A stretch of DNA of 35,277 bases from contig JALVYZ010000237.1 in the NCBI GenBank assembly GCA_027037705.1, forward strand, positions 1 to 35,277, read 5' to 3'. The notes beneath the pieces were generated by a model. It was not told where the DNA came from. It did not search any database and saw only the letters and a list, made by a program, of their open reading frames with translations. Source of the stretch: a bacterium. GTDB lineage: Bacteria; DYJV01; JALVYZ01. This document shows, piece after piece, positions 15,602 through 23,644 of this stretch. The position numbers and the translations under genes were made by a program. Within the stretch, counting starts at the first letter, position 1, and each line of letters opens with the position of its first letter.

Positions 15602-16609
15602 TTGAGCACATCTTCTCCGCCGACGAGGCGCTACCTATACGTTGTGGTTGAGTTTAGGTCCCAGTTTAGTAGCTATTCTCCGAGCCTTGCCGAGGGCTAC
15701 ATAGGCTCGACGAGCCTGCATGCAGCCGTAATGGCTGCTGTAGCTATGCTGGGCCACGGCATTAGTGATGGGCTGGCCGAGGCGAGGTTTTCCTCCCTGC
15801 TACCAGTGGCCCGGGGTAGTAGCGGCTACGTTGCTCTCTTTCCCCCGCTACGGCTACCTAGCTATGGCAAGGTTCCCCGCGGCTTCTGGACGCCCCGTGC
15901 AGTATCCCTGGTACTGTCCGTGCTTAGTAGTTGCTCGGGGAGAGGCGCCGATATCGTCCTGGAGAGAGGCGGGGATAACTATGTTGTAAGGTGTATGGAT
16001 GGGGGCGAGTCCCGGGAACTGGTATACTCTCGGGAGACCGGGGTCTTCGCGGCGCCTGGCGAGCAGCTAGATTTTAGGCCACCGGGGTTCCGTAGCGATA
16101 GGCATAGGCTCGTTATCAGCAGGGTTACTTACAGCGCTACGCCCTTCATGATACCAGTTGTTGAGCCTAGGAGCCCGTACTGGTTCGTAGCAGAGCTACG
16201 GAGCGAGCAGCTATGCGGCACCGTGGTAGAGGCGCTGAGGCTAGCCGAGCACCTCGGAATGGGGGCTCATAGGAGCATAGGGCTCGGGAGAATAAGGATA
16301 ATTAGCTATGAGTGCACAGAGTCGCCGCCAAGCTTCCTAGCAGGTAGCCGGGGAGGCGGCATCGGGGTATCACTGGGCCTCCTCTACCCCGAGCAGGGGA
16401 GCTGTAGTGTCTACTACGGCGAGACTGCCTTGTTCGGTGCTTATCGGGGCTACGGCGGTGTGGTGATTAGCTTCCGGAGGCCCCTGGTAAGGGCACTTGC
16501 CCCCGGCAGTATTGTTGGAACCGATTGCAGGGGGCGGGTCATTAGGGGCAATGGTTATCCCTACGTGTATTCGTTCAATCCCATTGTGTATCCGGTTGCC
16601 CCTGTGTAG
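15602..16609 (+). CDS. csm4: Csm4/Csx10-like Cas5-family RAMP (type III)
   Basis: 335 aa. N-terminal YLYVVVEFRS...IGSTSLHAAVMAAVAMLG resembles the Csm4 SDTLFSAL region. The C-terminal G-rich loop is EHLGMGAHRSIGLGRIRI. Confidence 0.7.
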   Translation: MSTSSPPTRRYLYVVVEFRSQFSSYSPSLAEGYIGSTSLHAAVMAAVAMLGHGISDGLAEARFSSLLPVARGSSGYVALFPPLRLPSYGKVPRGFWTPRAVSLVLSVLSSCSGRGADIVLERGGDNYVVRCMDGGESRELVYSRETGVFAAPGEQLDFRPPGFRSDRHRLVISRVTYSATPFMIPVVEPRSPYWFVAELRSEQLCGTVVEALRLAEHLGMGAHRSIGLGRIRIISYECTESPPSFLAGSRGGGIGVSLGLLYPEQGSCSVYYGETALFGAYRGYGGVVISFRRPLVRALAPGSIVGTDCRGRVIRGNGYPYVYSFNPIVYPVAPV

Positions 16610-16624
16610 CGAGGCATAGGAGCC

Positions 16625-17746
16625 ATGGAGCAGAGTAGTTATAGGCTATTGCTGAGACCCCGTACACCGCTCCACGTAGCCTCCGGGGAGAAGACGGTCA
16701 TAGGCATAGACTCGGTGATACACTACGGGAAGCTCTACGTAGTGGACGTTGAGTGCACTGCGAGAATATATGCAAAGCTCTACGGCGCCGAGGCCCTCCT
16801 AGCCAGTAACGCCCGAGCCATAGACCTCTTTAGAAGAGTTCTCGGCCGATACAGGCCCGGGGTTCTTAGCTGCACCCCCTACCGCCTAGTAGTCGGGCTA
16901 AGAACGAGAACGCCACCCCGTGGCGCCGAGGTCTCGCTTCCACAGAGCACCCTAGTACCGGGCTCGAGCATTAAGGGCGCTCTACGCACGGCACTACTCT
17001 ACGCCCTCGTGGACGCCGAGCCTAGGGAAGCCTTGGAGAGGATTAGGAAAGGGGTATCCAGGATAGTCCCGGGCCAGCCCCGAAGCCTACTAGGAGCCGC
17101 TGACCCCGTGGAACAGCTCCTAAAAGGCTCAAAGCCCCACGGCAGGGGTAGGTTCATCTACGATGCTGCCCGCCTCCTCGCAGTTAGCGACCCCCTGCGC
17201 CACAGGGCCTCCCTAGGGCTCTACGCTTTTCGGACGATACACGTTAACGACGGCCGCCCGGTTAGCCTAGAGTACGTCGTCGCCCTGGACCCCGGCGCGG
17301 AGATAGAGTATGAGCTGAGGCTCTACAAGCCCTCCTACAACACGCCTGTGAAGCAGCCTTGGATAAAAAGCCTACAGGAAAAAGACAAGACAATAAGCAT
17401 CGATACCCTGCTCCGGGGCCTCGCCCTGTTCTCGGAGACCCAGATAGCGAGCGAGCTCGAGAGAATAGGTGAGCGCTTCCCGCGGTACAAGAGCTTCCTA
17501 GAAGACCTGGGGAAAATGAGAAGCAGGAACTGTTTTCCACTACGCCTCGGCTACGGCGCAGGCCATGCATCGAAGACCCTCCTACCATGGCTGAGGCGAC
17601 GCGACCCCGGGCTCGCCAAGCGGCTCGAGGAGCTACTCTCGCGGCACTATGGCCGCGTATGGGATAGTCTCACAGATACCTTCACCGATCACAACGGCTC
17701 CCTCCTCGGCGTGGGCTGGGCCACACTCTGCATAGAGGAGAGGTGA
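16625..17746 (+). CDS. csm5: Csm5-like RAMP (type III)
   Basis: 373 aa. It has LLLRPRTPLHVASGE, LVPGSSIKGALRTALLYAL and a G-rich RLGYGAGHASKT. Its stop overlaps an ATG (tgATGa) at 17744-17748. Confidence 0.75.
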   Translation: MEQSSYRLLLRPRTPLHVASGEKTVIGIDSVIHYGKLYVVDVECTARIYAKLYGAEALLASNARAIDLFRRVLGRYRPGVLSCTPYRLVVGLRTRTPPRGAEVSLPQSTLVPGSSIKGALRTALLYALVDAEPREALERIRKGVSRIVPGQPRSLLGAADPVEQLLKGSKPHGRGRFIYDAARLLAVSDPLRHRASLGLYAFRTIHVNDGRPVSLEYVVALDPGAEIEYELRLYKPSYNTPVKQPWIKSLQEKDKTISIDTLLRGLALFSETQIASELERIGERFPRYKSFLEDLGKMRSRNCFPLRLGYGAGHASKTLLPWLRRRDPGLAKRLEELLSRHYGRVWDSLTDTFTDHNGSLLGVGWATLCIEER

Positions 17747-17749
17747 TGA

Positions 17750-20700
17750 GCCCTGGTTGGCAGGATTGAGGAGGTAGCGCTACACGGCCTACTACACGAT
17801 ATCCATAAACCCCTTGCTAGGCTGCTTCAAGTCTATAGAGGATGCGACATAGGAGAAATAGCTAAGAGGATAGCTGAAACGGCGCGGGGCTATGAGCTAG
17901 GAGACGAAGATATAGAGGGCTTCAAGGACTACGTAATCAAAGTCCTAGAGAAGGTTGAGGAGAATGGCCACGGGCTGCGCAGAAGCCTCGTCAACGAGTT
18001 CGCCAAGGATTCGAGCGAGCCTAGGGACTTGATAGAGGTCGCTATAAGGCTTGCCGACGAGGAGTCGGGGCTAGAGGACATAACGACCAGGATTGCGAAC
18101 TCCTCGCTAGAACCGCATCTCACTCCATTCCTCAACCCTCTCGCCCTGCTATTCGCCTCCGGGTTCTCCAGCCACGACGTTGCCGAGCTAAACCTAGATG
18201 ACGCCAGCATAGTGATGAGTAGTGATAAGCGTAAGTGCCTATTAATGACTAGCCAGTGGTGCAGGCAGAGACTACAAGAGTTCCTAGAAAGGGTTGAGAG
18301 AAGCGATACAGCGGCACTAAGAAGCATCCTTGGCGGCAATCACTGGCACCCAGTGAGGCCGCTTAGGTGGAAAGAGCCTAGCAGAGCCGAGGAGATCTCA
18401 GCGCTCTACGGTGCCCGAGGCTATAGGGAGGCAATCGTGGACTACACTAGTGTCGCGGCAAGCTTGTTGGCGGGGCTCTATAGGCTCAGAGCTGCTACGA
18501 GGAGCCTAGGCAACCGCCTCGACACTGTTAGGTCGCTGCTAGGGGTGCTCCGTCGCAGCCTCCTCCTGGTACCCTCGAGTATCCGTAAGGGCTCCTCGGG
18601 GCTAGCCCTGCCAGAGATAAGCCTCTATGCCCATAGCCGCGTAGTGGCTGGCTTCGCCTCCGCCATAGCTGCTACTGGGAGGAGCCCGGGCTGCTACAGG
18701 CTTGTACTTCTAGACATAAACGGTATACAGCGCTACATAACTAGGCACCGCGTAGTAAGCGCAGCGGTGAAGGCTTTTCGTGGCAGAAGCCTCCTAGTAG
18801 AGCTCGCCCAGAGAGCCGCTGCGAACTTCGTCTTATCGAGACTGGGTCTTGCCTGGAGCAGTGTCTACACATACGAGGGAGGCACGGTATCGATAATAGC
18901 GCCGTGCACCGAGAAGCTCGAAGAAGTACTAGGAGAGCTCGAGGAGAGGTTCAGCGAGGAGTTCGGGGGATACCTCGGAGTAACAGCTGTTGCTAGCCGG
19001 GAGCTAGAGGTAGGGCCGGGCACGTATAGCTCGAGGTACAGGTTCCGCCCCGAGGACGAGAACAGCTTTGCCCACGTCCTCTCGGAGACGCAGCGCATGC
19101 TCTCAGCCAGGAAGCTCAAGAGACAGACACATAGCCTAGAACAACTAGGGCCCGAGGAGCTCGAGTACGACCCCCTCGTGGAGGAAAACACGCCCCGGAG
19201 AGAATACGTGGGAGTAAGCGGTGAGCTAGGCGCTGAGTACTGGAGACTAGTCTCAAGCGACGACGCGGCAGCAGCCATAGTCGAGCACGGCGGGGTTTCA
19301 AGGGATACTCATAGAGCCCTCGTAGCTGGCAGTAGCGCCCCAAACCTGTTCATGATAATAGAGCTCTACTTGAGCGGCGATGGCTGCGAGAAAGCCATCG
19401 AGGAACTAGCAGGGAGGGTAGCTGAGGCACTACTCGGCTCCAAGGAGAGACGCTACGATATAATCCCTATTCATCGCGGCCAGGAGCTAAGAATAGGGAT
19501 TATAGAGCTACCAAAACTATGCACGGTATACATACTGTTAGCGTTGCACACGCTTAGCCCGGAGCAGAGCATTGACTGGAGACTCGTGGAGACAATCATG
19601 GGTATGCTGGCTGAGAAGCCCCTAGATGGTAAGGAGCTAGGGATAGAGGAGGCGCTCATAGTGTTCTCGTCGGTGAACATTGTTGAGGAGTTCCTACCCA
19701 GCGAGGAGACGGTGAGAAACCTGGATAACCATGTAAGGAGCTGGCTGAGAGGAACTAGGTACAGGATAGGCTTCGACTGGGTAGCAATCAATACACGCTA
19801 CCCCCTAGTGCAGGGAGAACACCGGGTCCAGATAAGGAGCCTAGACGAGGCAGCAGAGGCCACCGGGCTCATAGCCCTAGTCAAGCTCGATGCAGACAAC
19901 GTGGGCAACACCGTATTCTACATGGCATCCTCTCCCTCGAGGCTAGCAACGCTAAGCGAGATCCTAGCAACTACCTTCGGGCTCCTAAGCTACAAGCTAC
20001 TAGACCTAAGCAGCAACTACAACGACAGTGTATACGTCGTGTTCATAGGAGGCGACGACGCAGCCTACTTCGGCGAACTAGTAGCAGCAATGCAGTACGC
20101 CACGGACATAACGCGCCTAGCAAACTCGATGCTCCCAGGACTCACGATAAGCGGGGCAATAAGCATAGAGGAGCCAAAGCTCCCCCTTTATCTAGCTTAT
20201 TACCACGCACTAGAGCGCCTAGAAAAAGCAAAGAACGAGCCAATAATAGTACTAGGAGGCAACGAGCCAAGAGGCATAGTAGCAATAACCCAGATGACAA
20301 AGCCAATAACACTCTGCCTCAGAGAAGACGACACAAAGAAACCCGTAAAGATAGAGACAATAAGCTGGCAAACACTAGAAAACACACTACGAGAACACCA
20401 ATCAATAAGCGACGAGACCCTATGGAAGAGGACAGCAAAGCTAGTAACCCTAGTAGCGGACACGCTCGCAGAGATAATGAAGAAGCAAAAATGCAGCCTC
20501 ACCGGCACAGAGACAGCTAGAACCCTAATAGCGTATACATACTGGCGCGAAAGAATAGGCCAAGCACCAGGCCAAGAAGAAAACAACGTAGACAAAATAC
20601 TAGAGAAAATAACGGGCACCAGGCCGAGATACCCACCAAGCCAGCCAAACAACACCAAGGAACGATACAGGCTCTACACAATACTACAACTAGCCAGAAA

Positions 20701-20752
20701 CCCGCTCAACATAATATACCAGCTCCTAAGACTCCGCAGACAAACAACTTAG
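17750..20752 (+). CDS. cas10: Cas10 (HD + two Palm domains, GGDD cyclase motif); start unresolved
   Basis: The frame is open from 17750. An HD motif ALHGLLHDIHKP is present (HD codons 17795-17800). Palm1 is LLDINGIQRYI...FRGRSLL, Palm2 is LVKLDADNVGN, and GGDD is at 20048-20059. The first canonical in-frame start is only the TTG at 18029, and the ATG at 17746 is in another frame (see findings). Confidence 0.85.
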   Translation, partial: ALVGRIEEVALHGLLHDIHKPLARLLQVYRGCDIGEIAKRIAETARGYELGDEDIEGFKDYVIKVLEKVEENGHGLRRSLVNEFAKDSSEPRDLIEVAIRLADEESGLEDITTRIANSSLEPHLTPFLNPLALLFASGFSSHDVAELNLDDASIVMSSDKRKCLLMTSQWCRQRLQEFLERVERSDTAALRSILGGNHWHPVRPLRWKEPSRAEEISALYGARGYREAIVDYTSVAASLLAGLYRLRAATRSLGNRLDTVRSLLGVLRRSLLLVPSSIRKGSSGLALPEISLYAHSRVVAGFASAIAATGRSPGCYRLVLLDINGIQRYITRHRVVSAAVKAFRGRSLLVELAQRAAANFVLSRLGLAWSSVYTYEGGTVSIIAPCTEKLEEVLGELEERFSEEFGGYLGVTAVASRELEVGPGTYSSRYRFRPEDENSFAHVLSETQRMLSARKLKRQTHSLEQLGPEELEYDPLVEENTPRREYVGVSGELGAEYWRLVSSDDAAAAIVEHGGVSRDTHRALVAGSSAPNLFMIIELYLSGDGCEKAIEELAGRVAEALLGSKERRYDIIPIHRGQELRIGIIELPKLCTVYILLALHTLSPEQSIDWRLVETIMGMLAEKPLDGKELGIEEALIVFSSVNIVEEFLPSEETVRNLDNHVRSWLRGTRYRIGFDWVAINTRYPLVQGEHRVQIRSLDEAAEATGLIALVKLDADNVGNTVFYMASSPSRLATLSEILATTFGLLSYKLLDLSSNYNDSVYVVFIGGDDAAYFGELVAAMQYATDITRLANSMLPGLTISGAISIEEPKLPLYLAYYHALERLEKAKNEPIIVLGGNEPRGIVAITQMTKPITLCLREDDTKKPVKIETISWQTLENTLREHQSISDETLWKRTAKLVTLVADTLAEIMKKQKCSLTGTETARTLIAYTYWRERIGQAPGQEENNVDKILEKITGTRPRYPPSQPNNTKERYRLYTILQLARNPLNIIYQLLRLRRQTT

Positions 20753-20870
20753 ATAAAACACATTGTACAAAAATATTTAATTTCCTAAGTTTCGAGAGTT
20801 TAATACATTACACAACCCGAACCCCTCAAATACATCTCTATATACATCTCTATAGATGATTATTTCAGCC

Positions 20871-21578
20871 CCCTCAATTCTTTATTGAGTTAATCTCACC
20901 AACCCGCTCATCCACTACCCAGAGCCAAGTCTTGTTAACCTTACAATTCTCTATTGAGTTAAGCCCAGTACACTAGAGACCCTGTCCTGCGACAAGATAG
21001 CTTACAATTCTCTTTTGAGTTAAGCGCGTGCGCGGGGCTGTACGGATAGGGATGGAGCCAGGCGTACCTTTCAGTTCTCTTTTGAGTTAAGCTCGTCGAT
21101 GTTGGTCCCGATGATTATCGGTTATTCCGGAATAGCTTTCAGTTCTCTTTTGAGTTAAGCCGTTTCGGAGCTGAAGCTGATCTAGAAATATATCCAAAGA
21201 TGAAAGCTTTCAGTTCTCTTTTGAGTTAAGCGGGAGGAAACCATGTTCGGGAACATAGATTGGAAGAGCTTTGTGATCTTTCAGTTCTCTTTTGAGTTAA
21301 GCAAAGCTGTAAAGGTGTATGCAAAGTATCTCGATTGCTATATTTACTTTCAGTTCTCTTTTGAGTTAAGCACGAGAACGTAGCTCACGATCTAGCATTC
21401 ATGGCTGGGTATGCTTTCAGTTCTCTTTTGAGTTAAGCTCTATCCTAATCGTAGACCGTGCTTCCACAACCTGATACCATCCTTTCAGTTCTCTTTTGAG
21501 TTAAGCTCAGCTATCTCCGATAATCTGTTCTCTAGTGCTATTCTGTCTAGGAACTTTCAGTTCTCTTTTGAGTTAAGC
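20871..21578 (-). CRISPR. CRISPR array 2: 11 x 25-nt repeats (minus-strand GCTTAACTCAAAAGAGAACTGAAAG), 10 spacers of 36-47 nt
   Basis: Repeats (plus-strand ctttcagttctcttttgagttaagc) are at 21068, 21136, 21207, 21278, 21347, 21414, 21482 and 21554. The distal variant cttacaattctct(t/a)ttgagttaagc is at 20940 and 21001, and a degenerate repeat is at 20871. The leader is on the high-coordinate side, so transcription is on the minus strand. Confidence 0.97.
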
Positions 21579-21829
21579 TGGTATGGTTTCCTTTTGGATC
21601 CGAATAGTAACTGGTTTGAGGCAATTATTTATGCTTATCGGAACGAGTCTAATTCCCATGCATCAAGCCCTCCGAGACCCTCAAGGCGTTCCCATGGATT
21701 CGCATGGATTCGAAACAATGTTCCCAAGGAGCCTTGCAACTCCACCCACGATGTGTTCCCAAGGGAACCGAAAGAGGAGTTTAAAGGTTAAGACAAACAA
21801 GGCAAACAAGCAATCGGAGAGAATAGTGA
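21579..21829 (-). promoter_or_regulatory. CRISPR leader 2
   Basis: 21579-21788 is the reverse complement of 23435-23644 with about 3 mismatches. The TATA-like ataaataa (minus strand) is at 21625-21632. Homology resumes at 21812-21829 after a 23-nt substituted block. Confidence 0.8.
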
Positions 21830-22170
21830 TTAGAGCAATGAGGGACGTCGCGGCTAAAGCAGGAAGGGTGGTATATGGGCTGCATTATGGGTTATATGTG
21901 TACCCCTTGTATTTGTGAGGCATATTGTTATTGGTCTTGAGCCCTAGTCTACCATGTATCTTACAAATATGTCTCCTACGTGGATGTCGAAGGTGTCTTC
22001 GAATCCTCTTGGCTCCATTTGTGTCGTAGTCTCTGAGAGGCGCTGGATCCGTTGATAAGTGCTCTAGTAGCTCTGGGACCCGGAGCCCATAATGTGCTAG
22101 GAGGTGCTCTAGGGGCTCGTCGCCTAATCTTTACGCTGAAAACGCTAGGGGTCTTGAGCCCTTCTCATCC

Positions 22171-22404
22171 CTAGCTTCTCTCTAGCAGGGTCTTCTTAAC
22201 CTCGTCCAAGTCCACTATCTCGTCGCTCGTCCTTATGGCCTCGGCCTCGTCGGGGAGGGGCTTATCTCCCTCAACGTGTCTCTCAATAATGAGGCGCAGC
22301 ATGGTCTCCAGCTTCTCAAGTCCCTTCTTAATCTCCGTCTCTGCCCGGGTCTCGGAGCTAGACAAGAAAGCAGTCACCCTTCCCTCTGGGTCCTCCGGTC
22401 TCAT
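22171..22404 (-). CDS. Hypothetical small acidic protein (77 aa)
   Basis: ORF with charged, helical composition lying between the two inverted leaders. No family was recognised. Confidence 0.4.
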   Translation of the reverse strand: MRPEDPEGRVTAFLSSSETRAETEIKKGLEKLETMLRLIIERHVEGDKPLPDEAEAIRTSDEIVDLDEVKKTLLERS

Positions 22405-22709
22405 CTATATTATCTCAATATTCCCTAAAGAGAACCAAGTGCTCCCCAGTCTCTTTGTAGTGGTGGTGTAAGCGTACTAGGCCTTGTATGTGCCGGATAG
22501 GCCAGAGCTTAGGGAATGAACGCGATTTTGTCTCTATTCGTGCTTGCTAGCGCTATCATTAATTTGGTTATTATCGGATAAGGGAGGGATACGGAGGGCT
22601 ATTCTTCCTCTCTGCTTTGGTTATTTCCTCCTCCGGTCTCCTCTCTCATCTCACGTATAACATGCCTAGGGCCTTTGAGATAACTAGTTGAATGCCTAGG
22701 CCCCTGGGA

Positions 22710-23240
22710 TTAGGGTAGCTGGTGTTGCCTGGCTTTCTTCCTTATCCAGTCTGTTAGCTCCAGTACCCTCTCTTTTGCTCCCTCCTCGGTCAAGGGGACA
22801 GTGTCGGGGCCGTGGTAGAACCATAGGTGGAGCAGTATTGCCTCGGCCAGTCCCTGGTAAATCTCCTTATCGTTTACTGCCTCCGCGGCGAGGCGCGCTA
22901 CCTCCTCTAGCTTTTGCCTAGCCGAGGGCACTAGGAAGCCTGTCTGGATCCACCACTCTAGCTCCTTTTCCGCCTTCTCCGGGCCCCTCTGCTCCCATGT
23001 CCTCCTTATCCTCTCCTCTATGAGCTGGATCCCGCGGGTAGCCAGTATTAGGCCCAGTAGGGCCCTGTAGGCAGCCCAAGCCTTCTCAGCAGCATCCCGT
23101 ACATCTCCTCTCGAGACTAGGCGGAGCGCCTCCTCGGTGAAGAGTTCGAGATTATCCTTACTCACCTTCTCAGCTAGCCTAGCAGCCGTCCTAAGCCTAG
23201 CAAGTAGATCCCTCAGAGAAACAGACATGGTAGCCAACAA
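22710..23240 (-). CDS. PaREP1-family (HEPN-like) protein
   Basis: 176 aa, all-helical. RDAAEKAWAAYRALLGLILATRG and AILLHLWFYHG resemble the conserved PaREP1/PaREP8 blocks (EK.WGA... and LH..FY) of crenarchaeal multicopy PaREP1 proteins. Confidence 0.55.
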   Translation of the reverse strand: MLATMSVSLRDLLARLRTAARLAEKVSKDNLELFTEEALRLVSRGDVRDAAEKAWAAYRALLGLILATRGIQLIEERIRRTWEQRGPEKAEKELEWWIQTGFLVPSARQKLEEVARLAAEAVNDKEIYQGLAEAILLHLWFYHGPDTVPLTEEGAKERVLELTDWIRKKARQHQLP

Positions 23241-23394
23241 GCACTCCCCAGGGATCCTCTAGGGCACCAAGACTATTAAGAAATTCGATAGGAATAAGAC
23301 AACCATGTAAAGAAGAGCACCCTACCATCCTCAATCACCTGGAGAAATGCATACCACAACCGGGAAGACAGTAACAATAGCAACACGTCTTTAA

Positions 23395-23644
23395 CACTAT
23401 TCTCTCCGATTATATAATGAGCCCGAATACCTTGACCTTTAAACTCCTCTTTCGGTTCCCTTGGGAACACATCGTGGGTGGAGTTGCAAGGCTCCTTGGG
23501 AACATTGTTTCGAATCCATGCGAATCCATAGGAACACCTTCAGGGTCTCGGAGGGCTTGATGCATGGGAATTAGACTCGTTCCGATAAGCATAAATAATT
23601 GCCTCAAACCAGTTACTATTCGGATCCAAAAGGAAACCATACCA
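23395..23644 (+). promoter_or_regulatory. CRISPR leader 3
   Basis: Inverted copy of leader 2 and homologous to leader 1. ataaataa at 23591-23598 lies 47 nt upstream of repeat 1. An extra ttatataat box is at 23410-23418. Confidence 0.8.

Noticed and set aside
17743-17749. gtgatga resembling a C box of a C/D box sRNA (a similar sequence is at about 18211)
   Set aside because: No matching D/D' (ctga) boxes or terminal stem occur at the appropriate spacing, and both sites are within or at the junction of coding sequence.
20831-20854. Tandem 12-bp duplication tacatctctata x2 in the trailer of array 2, and the slipped partial repeat copy at 24166-24176 after array 3
   Set aside because: These are real but tiny replication-slippage-type events at the decaying array ends. 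There is no evidence of function.
21583-21918. ORF 21583..21918 (+) and ORF 23410..23640 (-), which encode nearly identical peptides (MVSFWIRIVTGLRQLFMLIGTSLIPMHQALRDP...)
   Set aside because: The similarity is a DNA-level duplication of the CRISPR leader. The homologous leader 1 does not preserve this frame, and the composition is not protein-like. These are non-coding leaders.
21885-22128. Minus-strand open frame without any start codon (RLGDEPLEHLLAHYGLRVPELLEHL...), plus a short overlapping frame ending ...FEDTFDIHVGDIFVRYMVD
   Set aside because: There is no start codon and I recognise no family. It may be a gene remnant but cannot be supported from the sequence alone. It is mentioned under the inverted-leader finding.
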